Position numbers and translations under genes: made by a program. From an uncultured Solirubrobacterales bacterium (GTDB lineage: Bacteria; Actinomycetota; Thermoleophilia; Solirubrobacterales; 70-9), in the NCBI GenBank assembly GCA_963815665.1, contig CAWFHN010000006.1:196365-260364 (forward strand): a stretch of DNA of 64,000 nucleotides, written 5' to 3'. Numbering within the stretch: the first letter of the stretch is position 1; each line of letters begins with the position of its first letter. Positions 1 through 12,696 of this stretch are shown piece by piece. A model generated the notes under the pieces. The model was not told the DNA's origin, searched no databases, and saw only the letters and a list, made by a program, of their open reading frames with translations.

Positions 1-1006
1 AGACCCACTCACGGGGGCCGTGGTGGCCGTCGCCGATGGGGCCGAACTCGACCGCCGGAACTCCGGCGGCGAGGAAGGAGACAGCATCGGATGCCCCGTC
101 GCGGCCGACGCTCATCACCCGCTCGGGATGGTGCGGGGACGCGGCCTCGCAGAGCCCCCGCACGAAGGGCGAGTCGGGCTCGACCACCGCGGGCGGGCGC
201 CGGAAGGTGGCGAGCACGCGGGTATCGGGCAGGCCGCTGACCTGCTCGAGGATCTCATCTGGATCCTGATCCGGCAGGAAGCGGATATCGACGTCTATGA
301 CGCAGGTGTCGGGCACTTTGTTCAGGGCGTCGCCGCCCATGATGCGACCAAGATTGATGGAGGGGCGGTCGAACAGGGCGGAGCTGTGGCGTGCAAACGG
401 TAGCGATTCGATGCCCCTGAATACCTCAACCGCCTTAACGACGGCGTTATCGCCCAGCCAGGGCGTGGCGCCGTGCGCGGAGCGCCCCTGGACCTCGAGC
501 CGGACCGCCTGAACACCCTTCGCCTGCACACCGACCTGGAGGTTGGTGGGCTCACCGGTGATCGCGAAGTCGCCGACGAAGCCGCTCGCGACCAGTGCAT
601 CGGAACCTCGGTTCTCCTCCTCTTCCGATTCCTCGTCGGAGACGATCCCGAGCCGCAGGCGCACCTCATCCTGGTCGCGGAGGCCGTGCAGGACGACGAG
701 CATCACGGCCAGCGCGCCCTTCATGTCATAGGCGCCGCGGCCGAGCAGCTGGTCGTCCTCGATCCGGGGCTCGAACTGGTCGTGGCCGCCGGGCACCACG
801 TCCATGTGGCCGTGCAGCACCAGGGTCGGCGCTTCGGGCGGCCCCACCTCCGCGGTCGTCACCGGAAGTCCGCGCGACTCGGCCTGGGACGCCCTGATGT
901 CGTTGGACTCGAGCCAGCCGCCGACGAACTCGGCGGCGCGCCGGAGCCCCTCGGCATTGGAGGTGTCGAAAGCGATCAGTCGCTGCGCGAGCGCCAGCTC
1001 GTCCAT
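1..1006 (-). CDS. M20 family metallopeptidase (ArgE/DapE/acetylornithine deacetylase-like), 3' end runs off the window
   Basis: My own minus-strand translation from ATG (cat at 1004..1006). It is absent from the ORF track because no stop lies inside the window. Sequence: MDELALAQRLIAFDTSNAEG...TLVLHGHMDVVPGG...LLGRGAYDMKGAL...GIVSDEESEE...GRSAHGATPWLG. The HxDxV, GRGxxDMKG and DEE motifs are typical of M20 peptidases. Confidence 0.75.
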   Translation of the reverse strand, partial: MDELALAQRLIAFDTSNAEGLRRAAEFVGGWLESNDIRASQAESRGLPVTTAEVGPPEAPTLVLHGHMDVVPGGHDQFEPRIEDDQLLGRGAYDMKGALAVMLVVLHGLRDQDEVRLRLGIVSDEESEEEENRGSDALVASGFVGDFAITGEPTNLQVGVQAKGVQAVRLEVQGRSAHGATPWLGDNAVVKAVEVFRGIESLPFARHSSALFDRPSINLGRIMGGDALNKVPDTCVIDVDIRFLPDQDPDEILEQVSGLPDTRVLATFRRPPAVVEPDSPFVRGLCEAASPHHPERVMSVGRDGASDAVSFLAAGVPAVEFGPIGDGHHGPREWV

Positions 1007-1066
1007 GCGTGGATTATGCGAGGGTGCGCCGAGCGAAGCGAGGCGCAACCCGTTTTCCGGTGGTGC

Positions 1067-1480
1067 TCAGGACTCGGCGCCGGCGACGGCGAGGAACGCC
1101 TCGGCGCGCTCCTTGTCCTTCAGCGCCTGGCTGTGGGCGCCGGAGCCCTCATCGGACTCACCCAGCCTCGCGTCCGCATCCTCGATGCGGCTGCGAAGCT
1201 CGCCGGTGTCGAGGCTCTCGGGCGGGATCGCCTCGCCGACCAGCACGGTGGCGCGGTTGGCGAAGACCTGGAGCCAGCCCTCCGCCTGCGCCCAGCGCCT
1301 GACCTCGCCGCCGGGCATGTGGAGGCGAAGCTCCGTCGGGCGAAGCCTGGCCAGCACGGGAACATGGTTGGCGAGAATGCCGAGCTCGCCGACGGCCGTA
1401 CGCGTGGAGAGCTGGTGCACCTCTCCGTTGAAGACCTCCCCCTCCGGGGTGAGGACGCGAGCGCTGAGATCATGCTCCAT
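1067..1480 (-). CDS. atpC: F1 ATP synthase epsilon subunit
   Basis: 137 aa from the internal ATG at 1480 (MEHDLSARVLTPEGEVFNGEVHQL...). It is the last gene of the atp operon. The longer track ORF start at 1660 overlaps atpD and was rejected. Confidence 0.9.
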   Translation of the reverse strand: MEHDLSARVLTPEGEVFNGEVHQLSTRTAVGELGILANHVPVLARLRPTELRLHMPGGEVRRWAQAEGWLQVFANRATVLVGEAIPPESLDTGELRSRIEDADARLGESDEGSGAHSQALKDKERAEAFLAVAGAES

Positions 1481-1523
1481 CAGCGCTTCGCCTCCTCCGC
1501 TTCGCGTCCGGGGGCTTCGCGAA

Positions 1524-3011
<1,488 letters not shown>

Positions 3012-3024
3012 CTATTCCAAGTTT

Positions 3025-3957
3025 TCAGCCGACGCCCTCGGCGCCGGCGACGACCTCGAGGATCTCCTGGGTGATCTCGGCCTGCCGCACCCGGTTCATC
3101 TCCAGGGTCAGGTCGCTGATCACGTCCTTCGCGTTCTCGGCGGCGTTTCGCATCGCTGTCATCCGGGAGCCGTGCTCCGACGCCGTGGACTCCAGCAGCG
3201 CCCGGTAGACGTTGAGCTGCGCGTACTCCGGGATCAGCTCCGCCAGCAGCTCCTCCGGCTCGGGCTCATAGACCCAGAGCGCCTTGCGGTGTGCCTCGAC
3301 GAGCTTCTCGTCGAGGTCAGCCGGCTCCTCGGGCGTCAGCTCCTCCACTCCCTCGCCGAAGACGTCGGCCTGCTGAACGGGGAGCAGCGTCTGCCTGCGC
3401 ACGTACTGGGTCAGCGGCGACACGTAGCGGTTGTAGATCAGGTCGACGCGGTTCAGGTCCTTGTCGACGTAGGAGGCGATCAGGTCGTCGGCGATCTCCC
3501 TCGCGTTCGCGAAGGCCGGGCGGTCGGTGAAGCCGACGTACTCGCCGTGCAGGTCCTCGCCCCGGAAGCGCATCGTCGAGACGCCGCGGCGGCCGACGAT
3601 CGAGAAGCGGACCTCCTTGCCCTCCTGGGAGAGCTCCCGCTGGAGCTGCACCCCTGCGCGGATGATCTGCGAGTTGAACGAGCCCGCCAGGCCGCGGTCG
3701 CCCGTCACCAGCAGGATGCCCACCGTGCGCTCCTCCTCGTGCTCCTGGAGGACCGGCAGGTTGCGCGCCTCGACGCCCGCGGCCTCGGCGACCTCCCGGG
3801 TCATCTTGCGCAGCTCGCGCGCATAGGGCCGCAGCGCGTCGATCCGCTGCTCCGCGCGGCGCAGCCGGGCAGCGGCGACCATCTCCATGGCGCGCGTGAT
3901 CTTCTGCACGTTCTTGACGCTCGAGATCCTGTTCTTGACTTCCTTACGAGTCGCCAT
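3025..3957 (-). CDS. atpG: F1 ATP synthase gamma subunit
   Basis: 310 aa. N-terminus MATRKEVKNRISSVKNVQKITRAMEMVAAARLRRA and C-terminus NRVRQAEITQEILEVVAGAE are typical of gamma. Confidence 0.95.
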   Translation of the reverse strand: MATRKEVKNRISSVKNVQKITRAMEMVAAARLRRAEQRIDALRPYARELRKMTREVAEAAGVEARNLPVLQEHEEERTVGILLVTGDRGLAGSFNSQIIRAGVQLQRELSQEGKEVRFSIVGRRGVSTMRFRGEDLHGEYVGFTDRPAFANAREIADDLIASYVDKDLNRVDLIYNRYVSPLTQYVRRQTLLPVQQADVFGEGVEELTPEEPADLDEKLVEAHRKALWVYEPEPEELLAELIPEYAQLNVYRALLESTASEHGSRMTAMRNAAENAKDVISDLTLEMNRVRQAEITQEILEVVAGAEGVG

Positions 3958-4072
3958 CGTCTAGCCCCGCGGGAACTGGCGCGCGGGTCCTGTCACCGAA
4001 TTTGTCGCAGACGCGGAAAACAGTCGCGTCAGCGACAGAAATTCGGTGCCACCCGCGCGAGTTGCCTCTCGC

Positions 4073-5707
<1,635 letters not shown>

Positions 5708-5723
5708 CTAGTCAGTCACTCCT

Positions 5724-6257
5724 TTAGGCCGCCGTGGCGACGCTCTTTCGAAGTTTCTCGAGCCTGTTCCTGATGCTCGTGTCCAAGACCATGTTTCCGA
5801 CCTGCACCACCAGGCCGCCGAGGATGTCGGGGTCGACGCGGCTCTCCAGCTCGACCGCGTTCCCGGTCTGCTCCTCGATCTCCGCGCCGATCCGCTTGGC
5901 GACCTCGGGATCCAGCTCGACCGCGCTGGTCACGGTGACGCCGAGCCGCTTGTTCTCCTTCGCCCAGAGCGAGTCGAACTGGCGCCGCATGCGATAGATC
6001 ACGGGCATCCGGTGCTTCTCGATCAGGAGGTTGAGGAAGTTGAGCAGCTCAGGCTCCGCGCCGGCGATCGCCTTCGCGAGGCCGGCCTCCTTCTCGGCTG
6101 ACGAGAAGTAGGGGCTGAAGAAGAAGAGCTGCAGATCGCGGTTGTCCGCCAGCGCGTCGGCGAACTGGCCGAGCTGCTCGCGGATCGCGTCGAGCTTCCC
6201 CTTCTCCTTGGCCACCCCGAAGAGGGCGTCCGCATATACGCGGGCGATGTGCTCCAT
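5724..6257 (-). CDS. atpH: F1 ATP synthase delta (OSCP) subunit
   Basis: 177 aa, positioned between atpF and atpA. OSCP-like C-terminus (GGLVVQVGNMVLDTSIRNRLEKL). Confidence 0.9.
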   Translation of the reverse strand: MEHIARVYADALFGVAKEKGKLDAIREQLGQFADALADNRDLQLFFFSPYFSSAEKEAGLAKAIAGAEPELLNFLNLLIEKHRMPVIYRMRRQFDSLWAKENKRLGVTVTSAVELDPEVAKRIGAEIEEQTGNAVELESRVDPDILGGLVVQVGNMVLDTSIRNRLEKLRKSVATAA

Positions 6258-6259
6258 CG

Positions 6260-6847
6260 CTAGCTCGCCGCCTCCTCTGTCGCACCGCTTTCGCTCAGGC
6301 TGGAGAAGTCGACCTCGCTCAGCGCCTCGTCGATTAGCCGCTTCTGGTCGTCCCCGGTGAGGGACTTGCGAGTCACCTTCTCGGTGGTCAGCACTGTCAG
6401 GTCGGCGACCTCCTTGCGGATCCGCTCCAGGGAGCGGCGCGTCTCGGCCTCGATGTCGCGGCGAGCGGCGGCAAGCAGCTCCTCGCGCTTCTCGCGGCCC
6501 TCATCCGCCGCCTGCGTCTTGGTCGTATCCGCCGCCTTGCGGGCGCGGGCGACGATGTCGTCCGCCTGCTCGCGGGCCTCGCGCAGGCGCCCGCGGTACT
6601 CCTCGAGGATCTTGTCCGCCTCGTCGCGGGTCTTCTCCGCCTGATCGATCGAGTCCCGGATCGCGTTGGCGCGCTTGTCGAGCGCCTCCTGGATCCGCGG
6701 GAACGCGACCTTGCTGAGCACGTACATCGTGATCCCGAAGACGAGCAGCGTCCAGATCATCAGCCCGAGGTTCGGCGAGACCAGGAAGCTGCCGCCCGAA
6801 TCCCCGGCGGCCACGGGAATCGTCGCTATCTGTGTAACGGGATCCAC
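6260..6847 (-). CDS. atpF: Fo ATP synthase b subunit
   Basis: 195 aa with one N-terminal TM helix (LGLMIWTLLVFGITMYVL) followed by a long charged coiled coil. GTG start. Confidence 0.9.
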   Translation of the reverse strand: MDPVTQIATIPVAAGDSGGSFLVSPNLGLMIWTLLVFGITMYVLSKVAFPRIQEALDKRANAIRDSIDQAEKTRDEADKILEEYRGRLREAREQADDIVARARKAADTTKTQAADEGREKREELLAAARRDIEAETRRSLERIRKEVADLTVLTTEKVTRKSLTGDDQKRLIDEALSEVDFSSLSESGATEEAAS

Positions 6848-7016
6848 GGCTAGATGACCGAGGCCCTGGCCGCGCGAACGCGGGGGCGCGGCTGGCCGAG
6901 CAGGTCGAGGACGCAGGGAGCGACGCGTGGCAGCGCCACGCGAGCGACCGAGGACGAAGAGCTGCGACGCGCCAGGCGCGTCATCCGGGTTCGTGTGGTC
7001 GGGGTCTCGGTCATCT

Positions 7017-7301
7017 CTAGAGGAAGAAGGCGATCAGGCCGAAGATGAATGTGTAGAAGGCGACGGCCTCGGTGAGGGCGAAGCCCAGCCAGCGAATCGA
7101 CTGGAGGTCGTCCTTCATCTCGGGCTGGCGGGCGACCGACTCGATCTCCTTACCGAAGATGAAGCCGATGCCGATGCCGGCTCCGATCGAGCCGAGCCCG
7201 GCGCCGACGCCCAGCGCGATCGCCTTGCCGGCGTCCGTGATGCCGGTGTCGGTGATCCCGCTAGACGCTTGCGCGATCGGGGTCAAGAGGTCCATTGACA
7301 C
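7017..7301 (-). CDS. atpE: Fo ATP synthase c subunit
   Basis: 94 aa helical hairpin with Gly-rich helix 1 (GVGAGLGSIGAGIGIG) and a carboxylate in helix 2 (ALTEAVAFY). Confidence 0.93.
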   Translation of the reverse strand: MSMDLLTPIAQASSGITDTGITDAGKAIALGVGAGLGSIGAGIGIGFIFGKEIESVARQPEMKDDLQSIRWLGFALTEAVAFYTFIFGLIAFFL

Positions 7302-7310
7302 TGCTCCTTT

Positions 7311-8228
7311 CTAATGACTCTCGGCGACTGCGCCGCCGATGTAGATGGACGAGAGGGTGGCGAAGATGAACGCCTGAAGCGTTGCGATCAGCCCCACCTC
7401 CAAGATGAAGAAGACGAACGCGAGCGGGAAGGTCAGCGCCCCGAGCGCGGACAGGCCCAGCAGCACGGCCAGTCCGCCGCCCATGAACAGGAGCAGCAGG
7501 TGCCCGGCGAGGATGTTGGCGAACAGTCGCACCGAGAGCGAGACGAGCCGCATGAAGTGGGAGAGCAGCTCGATCCCGAAGATCAGGCCCTTGGCGACGG
7601 GGTTCATGTTCTCGAGGCCGGCGGGAAGAAAGCTGCCCAGGTACTTGAAGACACCCTTGGCCCTGATTCCCTCGATGTGGTAACTGAACCAGACGACGAG
7701 GGTGAGTGAGAGCGCGAACGAGATGTTCGCAGTCGCCGCGTAGATCGCGAACGACGGGATCGCGAGCCCGAAGACGTTGATCGTCTCGGCACTGTTCGTC
7801 GGGAGCGGCAGGTAGCCGATGATGTTCGAGAAGGCGATGAAGAAGAAGAGGGTCGCGATGAACGGGAACCACTTGGTGGCGTATGAGCCCGAGAGGTTGC
7901 CGCCGGTGATGTTGTTCTTGGTCATGTCGTAGGAGACTTCGACCGCGGTCTGGATGCGGTTCGGCTTCATCTCCATGCGGCGGGCGATGTGCACCATCAC
8001 GAAGATCGTCAGGGCGCTGGCGAGGAGCAGATAGAGGACGGCGCGGTTGATCGAGAAGTTGATCCCGGCGATGTGAATCGGGATCCAGTCGTGGAGCTTG
8101 AACTCGTCCTGGGGCTTGAACTCGTCGTTCTTGCCGTCGTTGCCGAAGATCAGCAGCAGCGCGATCGTGATCGCGAAGTAGACGGCGAGCCCGAAGAGAA
8201 CCTTCCGCTTGGTGGACCAGGAGGCCAT
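7311..8228 (-). CDS. atpB: Fo ATP synthase a subunit
   Basis: 305 aa polytopic membrane protein with the conserved Arg helix (LSVRLFANILAGHLLL). Confidence 0.95.
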   Translation of the reverse strand: MASWSTKRKVLFGLAVYFAITIALLLIFGNDGKNDEFKPQDEFKLHDWIPIHIAGINFSINRAVLYLLLASALTIFVMVHIARRMEMKPNRIQTAVEVSYDMTKNNITGGNLSGSYATKWFPFIATLFFFIAFSNIIGYLPLPTNSAETINVFGLAIPSFAIYAATANISFALSLTLVVWFSYHIEGIRAKGVFKYLGSFLPAGLENMNPVAKGLIFGIELLSHFMRLVSLSVRLFANILAGHLLLLFMGGGLAVLLGLSALGALTFPLAFVFFILEVGLIATLQAFIFATLSSIYIGGAVAESH

Positions 8229-8656
8229 CAGACCGGTCGGGTCTCCTCCGGCGCGATCAGCCTGGAGAGCAGCCGGCCGCCGAGATGGACGGTGAACAGG
8301 ACCGCTGCGAGCACGGCAGCGGCCAGGCCCGCGTCCTTGCTGTCGAGCACTCCGACGAGCAGGACGGCCAGCGTGACTGCCCAGACGCGTCCAAGGGTGG
8401 TGGCGCCGACCCAGCCCATCGCGGCGCGCCGGTCGCCGCGGGCTGCCGCTTGGCGCACGGCGCGGTTGGTCATCATCTCAACCCCGTGTTGCGCGAGCCA
8501 GACGAGCGCGACGACCAGGTAGGCGATCATCGGCAGATCGGCAGCGACGAACACCGGCAGGGCGGCCGCGAGCAGGACGAGGTCGACGTAGCGAAGGGCG
8601 ATGGCCATGCGGGATGTCCCGACGGCGCTGGGGCCGTCTAGAGCGAGCGTAGACAA
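8228..8656 (-). CDS. small integral membrane protein in the AtpI/Rv1303 position
   Basis: 142 aa with 3-4 TM helices. Its stop overlaps the atpB start (ATGA). Its position is equivalent to the membrane protein upstream of atpB in actinobacteria. Confidence 0.7.
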   Translation of the reverse strand: MSTLALDGPSAVGTSRMAIALRYVDLVLLAAALPVFVAADLPMIAYLVVALVWLAQHGVEMMTNRAVRQAAARGDRRAAMGWVGATTLGRVWAVTLAVLLVGVLDSKDAGLAAAVLAAVLFTVHLGGRLLSRLIAPEETRPV

Positions 8657-8791
8657 GAGCCATCCCCAAACCGAACCCTGAGGCCAAGCCTGGGCACGTC
8701 ATCTGTTCTGTCGATGTCGAACGAGCGCATGAAGTCCTTGCCCCCACCTGGCAAAGTCAACCCCCCGGGCTGGCCGGAGGGGCGGCGAATC

Positions 8792-10084
8792 CTAGCGACT
8801 GGGGTCTGAGACGGCTTCGATCTCGCCGGTGTCCGGATCGATCGCCGTCATCTCCCCGGTCGAAGGGTCCACCGCGGCGAAGGTGCCGGTGTCGAGCTCG
8901 TGCTGGACGCCGACCTCCACCTCGGCCTCATCCGGAGGCGGCTCCTCCGGCCCGCGGAGGCCGATCATCTGCCAGCCCCGGACTCGTTTCAGCTTGAGGA
9001 TCTCGAGCACCGAGATCACGTAGATGCTCGCCGCGAGCGCACCCGCCAGGCAGAGCGCCATGAAGATCGTCCAGCCGGCGTTGAAGTGGCCGTGGTTGTC
9101 GGTGTAGGGGACGAAGCGGAGCGCCAGCGCCACCAGGGCGAGCACCAGCGTCCAGCCGTACAGGTAGGTGATCGTCCGCCGCTGGCTGAACCCGATCCGC
9201 GCCATCCGGTGGTGGAAGTGCTCGGTGTCGGCACGGTAGATCGGCCGCTTGTACTTGAGCCGCTTGGCGACGACGAAGCTGGTGTCGAGAATCGGGACGG
9301 CCAGAATCGCCAAGGGGAAGAACAACGCGACCACGGCATTCGTCTTCAGGGCGCCCTGGACGGTGACCACCGCCATCAGGTACCCGAGGAGGTTCGAGCC
9401 GGTGTCCCCCATGAAGCTCGACGCCGGCGGAAAGCCGTGTCGCAGGAAGCCCAGCGAGGCGCCGGCGGTCACCGCGGCCAGAACGCCCGCCGCGTTGCGG
9501 TCCAGCGAGAGGGCGATCACCGCCAGCGCTCCCGCGGAGATCAGGCAGACGCCGGCGGCGAGGCCGTCGACCCCGTCGATCAGGTTGATCACGTTGGCAA
9601 CGGCGACGATGCCGAACACGGTCAGCACCTGTCCGAGGTCGATCGCCCCGATCCCGGGCGGATTGAAGAGCTCGACCGAGGCGGGGTCCACCCGGCCGAG
9701 GAAGGGCAGCGTGAAGGTCGCGACCGTCACCCCCGAGGCGACCGGGATGATCGCCGCCCCGGTCTGGCCGAGCAGTTTGATCCCGGCGGGCAGGTCGACG
9801 AGGTCGTCGATCACCCCGACCGCCGTGATCGCGATCGCCCCGGCGAGGATCGAGCGGGTCTCCTGGTCCCAGGGCAGGAAGATCGAGCCGCCGATCAGGA
9901 CCGCCACCAGCACGGCCAGGCCCCCGAGCTTCGGCGTGGGGTGGGTGTGCAGGCTGCGCTCGTTGGGAATGTCGATCGCCCTGTCGCCGATCCCACGGGC
10001 AAGCGACTCGGTCGCCGGGACCAGTGTCCAGACGGCGGCGCCCGCGAAGATGAACGCGAAGAGGGCGTCGAGCGTGTCGGGCAT
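8792..10084 (-). CDS. wecA: MraY/WecA-family polyprenyl-phosphate GlcNAc-1-phosphate transferase
   Basis: 430 aa from the ATG at 10084 (MPDTLDALFAFIFAGAAVW...). Polytopic, with motifs IDDLVDL, NLIDGVDGLA, FMGDTGS and HFHH. The start overlaps the asnB stop (ATGA). The 205-aa N-terminal extension in the track ORF was rejected. Confidence 0.88.
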   Translation of the reverse strand: MPDTLDALFAFIFAGAAVWTLVPATESLARGIGDRAIDIPNERSLHTHPTPKLGGLAVLVAVLIGGSIFLPWDQETRSILAGAIAITAVGVIDDLVDLPAGIKLLGQTGAAIIPVASGVTVATFTLPFLGRVDPASVELFNPPGIGAIDLGQVLTVFGIVAVANVINLIDGVDGLAAGVCLISAGALAVIALSLDRNAAGVLAAVTAGASLGFLRHGFPPASSFMGDTGSNLLGYLMAVVTVQGALKTNAVVALFFPLAILAVPILDTSFVVAKRLKYKRPIYRADTEHFHHRMARIGFSQRRTITYLYGWTLVLALVALALRFVPYTDNHGHFNAGWTIFMALCLAGALAASIYVISVLEILKLKRVRGWQMIGLRGPEEPPPDEAEVEVGVQHELDTGTFAAVDPSTGEMTAIDPDTGEIEAVSDPSR

Positions 10085-11988
10085 CAGCTCGACCCCTCGA
10101 TGGTGCCCACGCCGGCCGGCGCCGGCTCCCGCGCGTAGCGGTCGAACCAGAGGGTGAAGGACAGGAGTCCCCAGATCTGCCGGCTCAGGTCCTCCTTGCC
10201 CGAGACATGCCGCTCGAGGACCTGGTTGACCACCTCGGGCTGCAGGTAGCCCTGGCGCTCGATGGTCGCCGCGGAGAGGACATCGCGCGCGAAGGGCTCG
10301 AGGTCCCCTCGAAGCCAGGCGGCGACGGGGACCGAGAAGCCCTGCTTGCGGCCGCGGATGATCTCTCTCGGCAGCAGCGGCTCCACCGCCTGGCGGAGCA
10401 GCCGCTTCTTGGAGAAGCCGCGCACCTTCTGCCGGGTCTCCAGCGCGAGGGCGAGCTCGGCGACCACCGGGTCGCAGAAGGGAACCCTGGCCTCGAGGGA
10501 GTGGGCCATGCTGGCGCGGTCGGTCTTCACCAGCAGGTCGTCGACGAGGTAGATGCCGAGATCGAGGTCCTGGAGCCGCGCCAGCTCCGGGGCGCCCTCG
10601 GTCTCCGCGTAGCGAGCGCGGTACGCATCGACCGGATCCGACACGCGGTCGCCGGCCAGCAACTCTTCCTGGGCATCGGGGGAGAAGATCTCCTTCCACG
10701 CATGGTGGCGCTCGACCGGGGGCAGGTGCGCCCCGCGCATGAAGCGCTTTGCCTTGTAGTCGAAGCTCGCCTTGCCCGAGGAGCTCGGCAGCAGCTCGAC
10801 CAGCGGCCGCAGGAACGGAGCGGCCCTGCCGACCCGCGGCGCAAGCCGATCGGCCACGTAGGTGTAGTAGCCGCCGAACAGCTCGTCGCCGCCCTCGCCC
10901 GAGAGCACCACCTTGACGGTGTCGGCCGCCAGCTGAGAGACCAGGTATGTGGGGAGCGCCGAGGAGTCGCCGAAGGGCTCATCGAAGGCCTCGACCAGGC
11001 GCGGCAGCAGATCGACTGCGTCGGGGCGCAGGATCAGCTCGTGATGGTCAGTGCCGTAGCGCTCGGCGACGAGCCGCGCCTGGGCGAGCTCGTCGAAGGC
11101 GCTCTCCTCGAATCCGATGGAGAACGTGCTCACCTGGTAGCCGCTCTCCCCGGCCGCCATCGCCGTCATGGCCGCGGAGTCGACGCCGCCCGAGAGCAGC
11201 ACGCCGACCGGCACGTCGGAGACCAGGTGCGCCCGGACCGAGTCGCGGAGCCGCTCGCGGAGCTCCTCGGCGAGGGCGTCGTCGCCCTCGGTCCGGACCT
11301 CGTCGGCTGCCGCCGGGGTCGGCCGCGCGTAGCGCGAGATCGTCGCCTCGCCCCGCTCCATCACGAGCGTGTGTCCGGCGGGGAGCTTGCGCGCCTCCTT
11401 GAAGATGGTCAGCGGCGCGGGAATCGAGTTGAAGGCGAGGAACGCCTCCAGTGCCTCGGAGTCGATCTCGCGCGGGAAGCCAGGCTGGCGGAGCAGGGCC
11501 TTGAGCTCCGAGGCAAACGAGATCGCGCCACCCCCGACGCGGTAGTAGAGGGGCTTGATCCCGAACCGGTCCCGCGACAGGACAAGCCGCCCGTGGCGGG
11601 CGTCCCAGAGCGCGATCGCGAACATCCCGCGCAGCGCCTCGACGAAGGCGGGGCCGCGCTCCTCATAGAGATGGACCAGCACCTCCGTATCGCTGTGCGT
11701 GGAGAAGGTGTGACCCCGCCCGCGGAGCTCGTCCATGAGCTCGCGGTAGTTGTAGATCTCCCCGTTCTGGACGACCTGGATCCGGCCGTTCTCGTTGCCG
11801 ATCGGCTGATCGCCGCCGGCCAGGTCGATGATCGAGAGACGGCGCATGGCGAGGCCGGCCGGGCCGTCGATGACCGAGCCATCCGAGTCGGGGCCGCGGT
11901 GGACCAGCGTCTCGTTCATCGCGGCGAGCACGGCTGGGTCCGGAGCGGTGGCCCCGTCCAGGCTCACGAGGCCGCATATCCCGCACAT
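10084..11988 (-). CDS. asnB: glutamine-hydrolysing asparagine synthase family amidotransferase
   Basis: 634 aa from MCGICG (Ntn Cys2) at 11988. It has the SGGVDS PP-loop and asnB-like similarity throughout. Confidence 0.92.
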   Translation of the reverse strand: MCGICGLVSLDGATAPDPAVLAAMNETLVHRGPDSDGSVIDGPAGLAMRRLSIIDLAGGDQPIGNENGRIQVVQNGEIYNYRELMDELRGRGHTFSTHSDTEVLVHLYEERGPAFVEALRGMFAIALWDARHGRLVLSRDRFGIKPLYYRVGGGAISFASELKALLRQPGFPREIDSEALEAFLAFNSIPAPLTIFKEARKLPAGHTLVMERGEATISRYARPTPAAADEVRTEGDDALAEELRERLRDSVRAHLVSDVPVGVLLSGGVDSAAMTAMAAGESGYQVSTFSIGFEESAFDELAQARLVAERYGTDHHELILRPDAVDLLPRLVEAFDEPFGDSSALPTYLVSQLAADTVKVVLSGEGGDELFGGYYTYVADRLAPRVGRAAPFLRPLVELLPSSSGKASFDYKAKRFMRGAHLPPVERHHAWKEIFSPDAQEELLAGDRVSDPVDAYRARYAETEGAPELARLQDLDLGIYLVDDLLVKTDRASMAHSLEARVPFCDPVVAELALALETRQKVRGFSKKRLLRQAVEPLLPREIIRGRKQGFSVPVAAWLRGDLEPFARDVLSAATIERQGYLQPEVVNQVLERHVSGKEDLSRQIWGLLSFTLWFDRYAREPAPAGVGTIEGSS

Positions 11989-12210
11989 GCGGGCGAGTCT
12001 AGGGGCCGGTCCCGTCGGGGGCGTGCCTACGACGGTCCTGGGCCGCATCCAGGGGTGCGACTCCGGCCGACCGGCCCGCGGAGCGGTCAGGGTCAGCTGC
12101 CGCTGCTGCGACCCAAACGCTGCTGTTATCGCGCGTAGGAGGCGCGAACCGATGAGTTCGGGCGCTCCGCAAGGTCTGTACTCGTCAGCGGGGTTAGGGG
12201 CCGATCGCGG

Positions 12211-12696
12211 TCACGCGGCCAGTAGGGCGTCCATTTGGGCGATGGCCTGTTGCAACCCCTCCCGCGTGCCCGTGTCCACCCACTTCTCCATGTCCTCGCG
12301 GGATTCGAAGGTCAAATGCAGCTCCATCCGTGTGCCGCCGCCGCGCTCGGTGAGCCGGACGCTGACCGTGCTGACCGGCATGTCCGCGATCGGCGTCCCG
12401 TCCGCATCGGCAAAGGCGTCGGTGAACTCCAGCGAGGTCGGGGAACCGACGGCCGTGACCCGCCACATGCCGCAGTGCGTATCGCCCTCCGGACCGGTCA
12501 TCAGATACGTGACCTCACCGCCCGGCCTGAGGTCGTGCTTCTTGACGGTCGCCGGGTAGTCAGGCGGGCCCCACCAGCTTTCGAGCTTGCGCGGATCCGA
12601 CCAGAGCTCCCACACCTGATCGATGGGAGCATCGAAGTCGGCGATCAGGGTGATGGCCAGGTTGTCGTAGTCCGTCTCGACGCTGGTGACGCTCAT
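12211..12696 (-). CDS. SRPBCC / AHSA1 (activator of Hsp90 ATPase-like) domain protein
   Basis: 161 aa (DAPIDQVWELWSDPRKLESWWGP...), the typical partner immediately downstream of an ArsR gene. 4-nt overlap with that gene. Confidence 0.8.
   Translation of the reverse strand: MSVTSVETDYDNLAITLIADFDAPIDQVWELWSDPRKLESWWGPPDYPATVKKHDLRPGGEVTYLMTGPEGDTHCGMWRVTAVGSPTSLEFTDAFADADGTPIADMPVSTVSVRLTERGGGTRMELHLTFESREDMEKWVDTGTREGLQQAIAQMDALLAA

Noticed and set aside
6848-7021. Possible N-terminal extension of atpF or a small ORF in the atpE-atpF spacer
   Set aside because: Codon-by-codon reading upstream of the GTG at 6847 shows an open frame but no ATG, GTG or TTG. The translated sequence is Arg/Pro-rich and unlike b subunits.
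10085-10699. 205-aa N-terminal extension of the WecA-like ORF
   Set aside because: It overlaps the 3' end of asnB in another frame and has low-complexity Arg/Pro/Gly content. The membrane protein sequence begins at the ATG at 10084.
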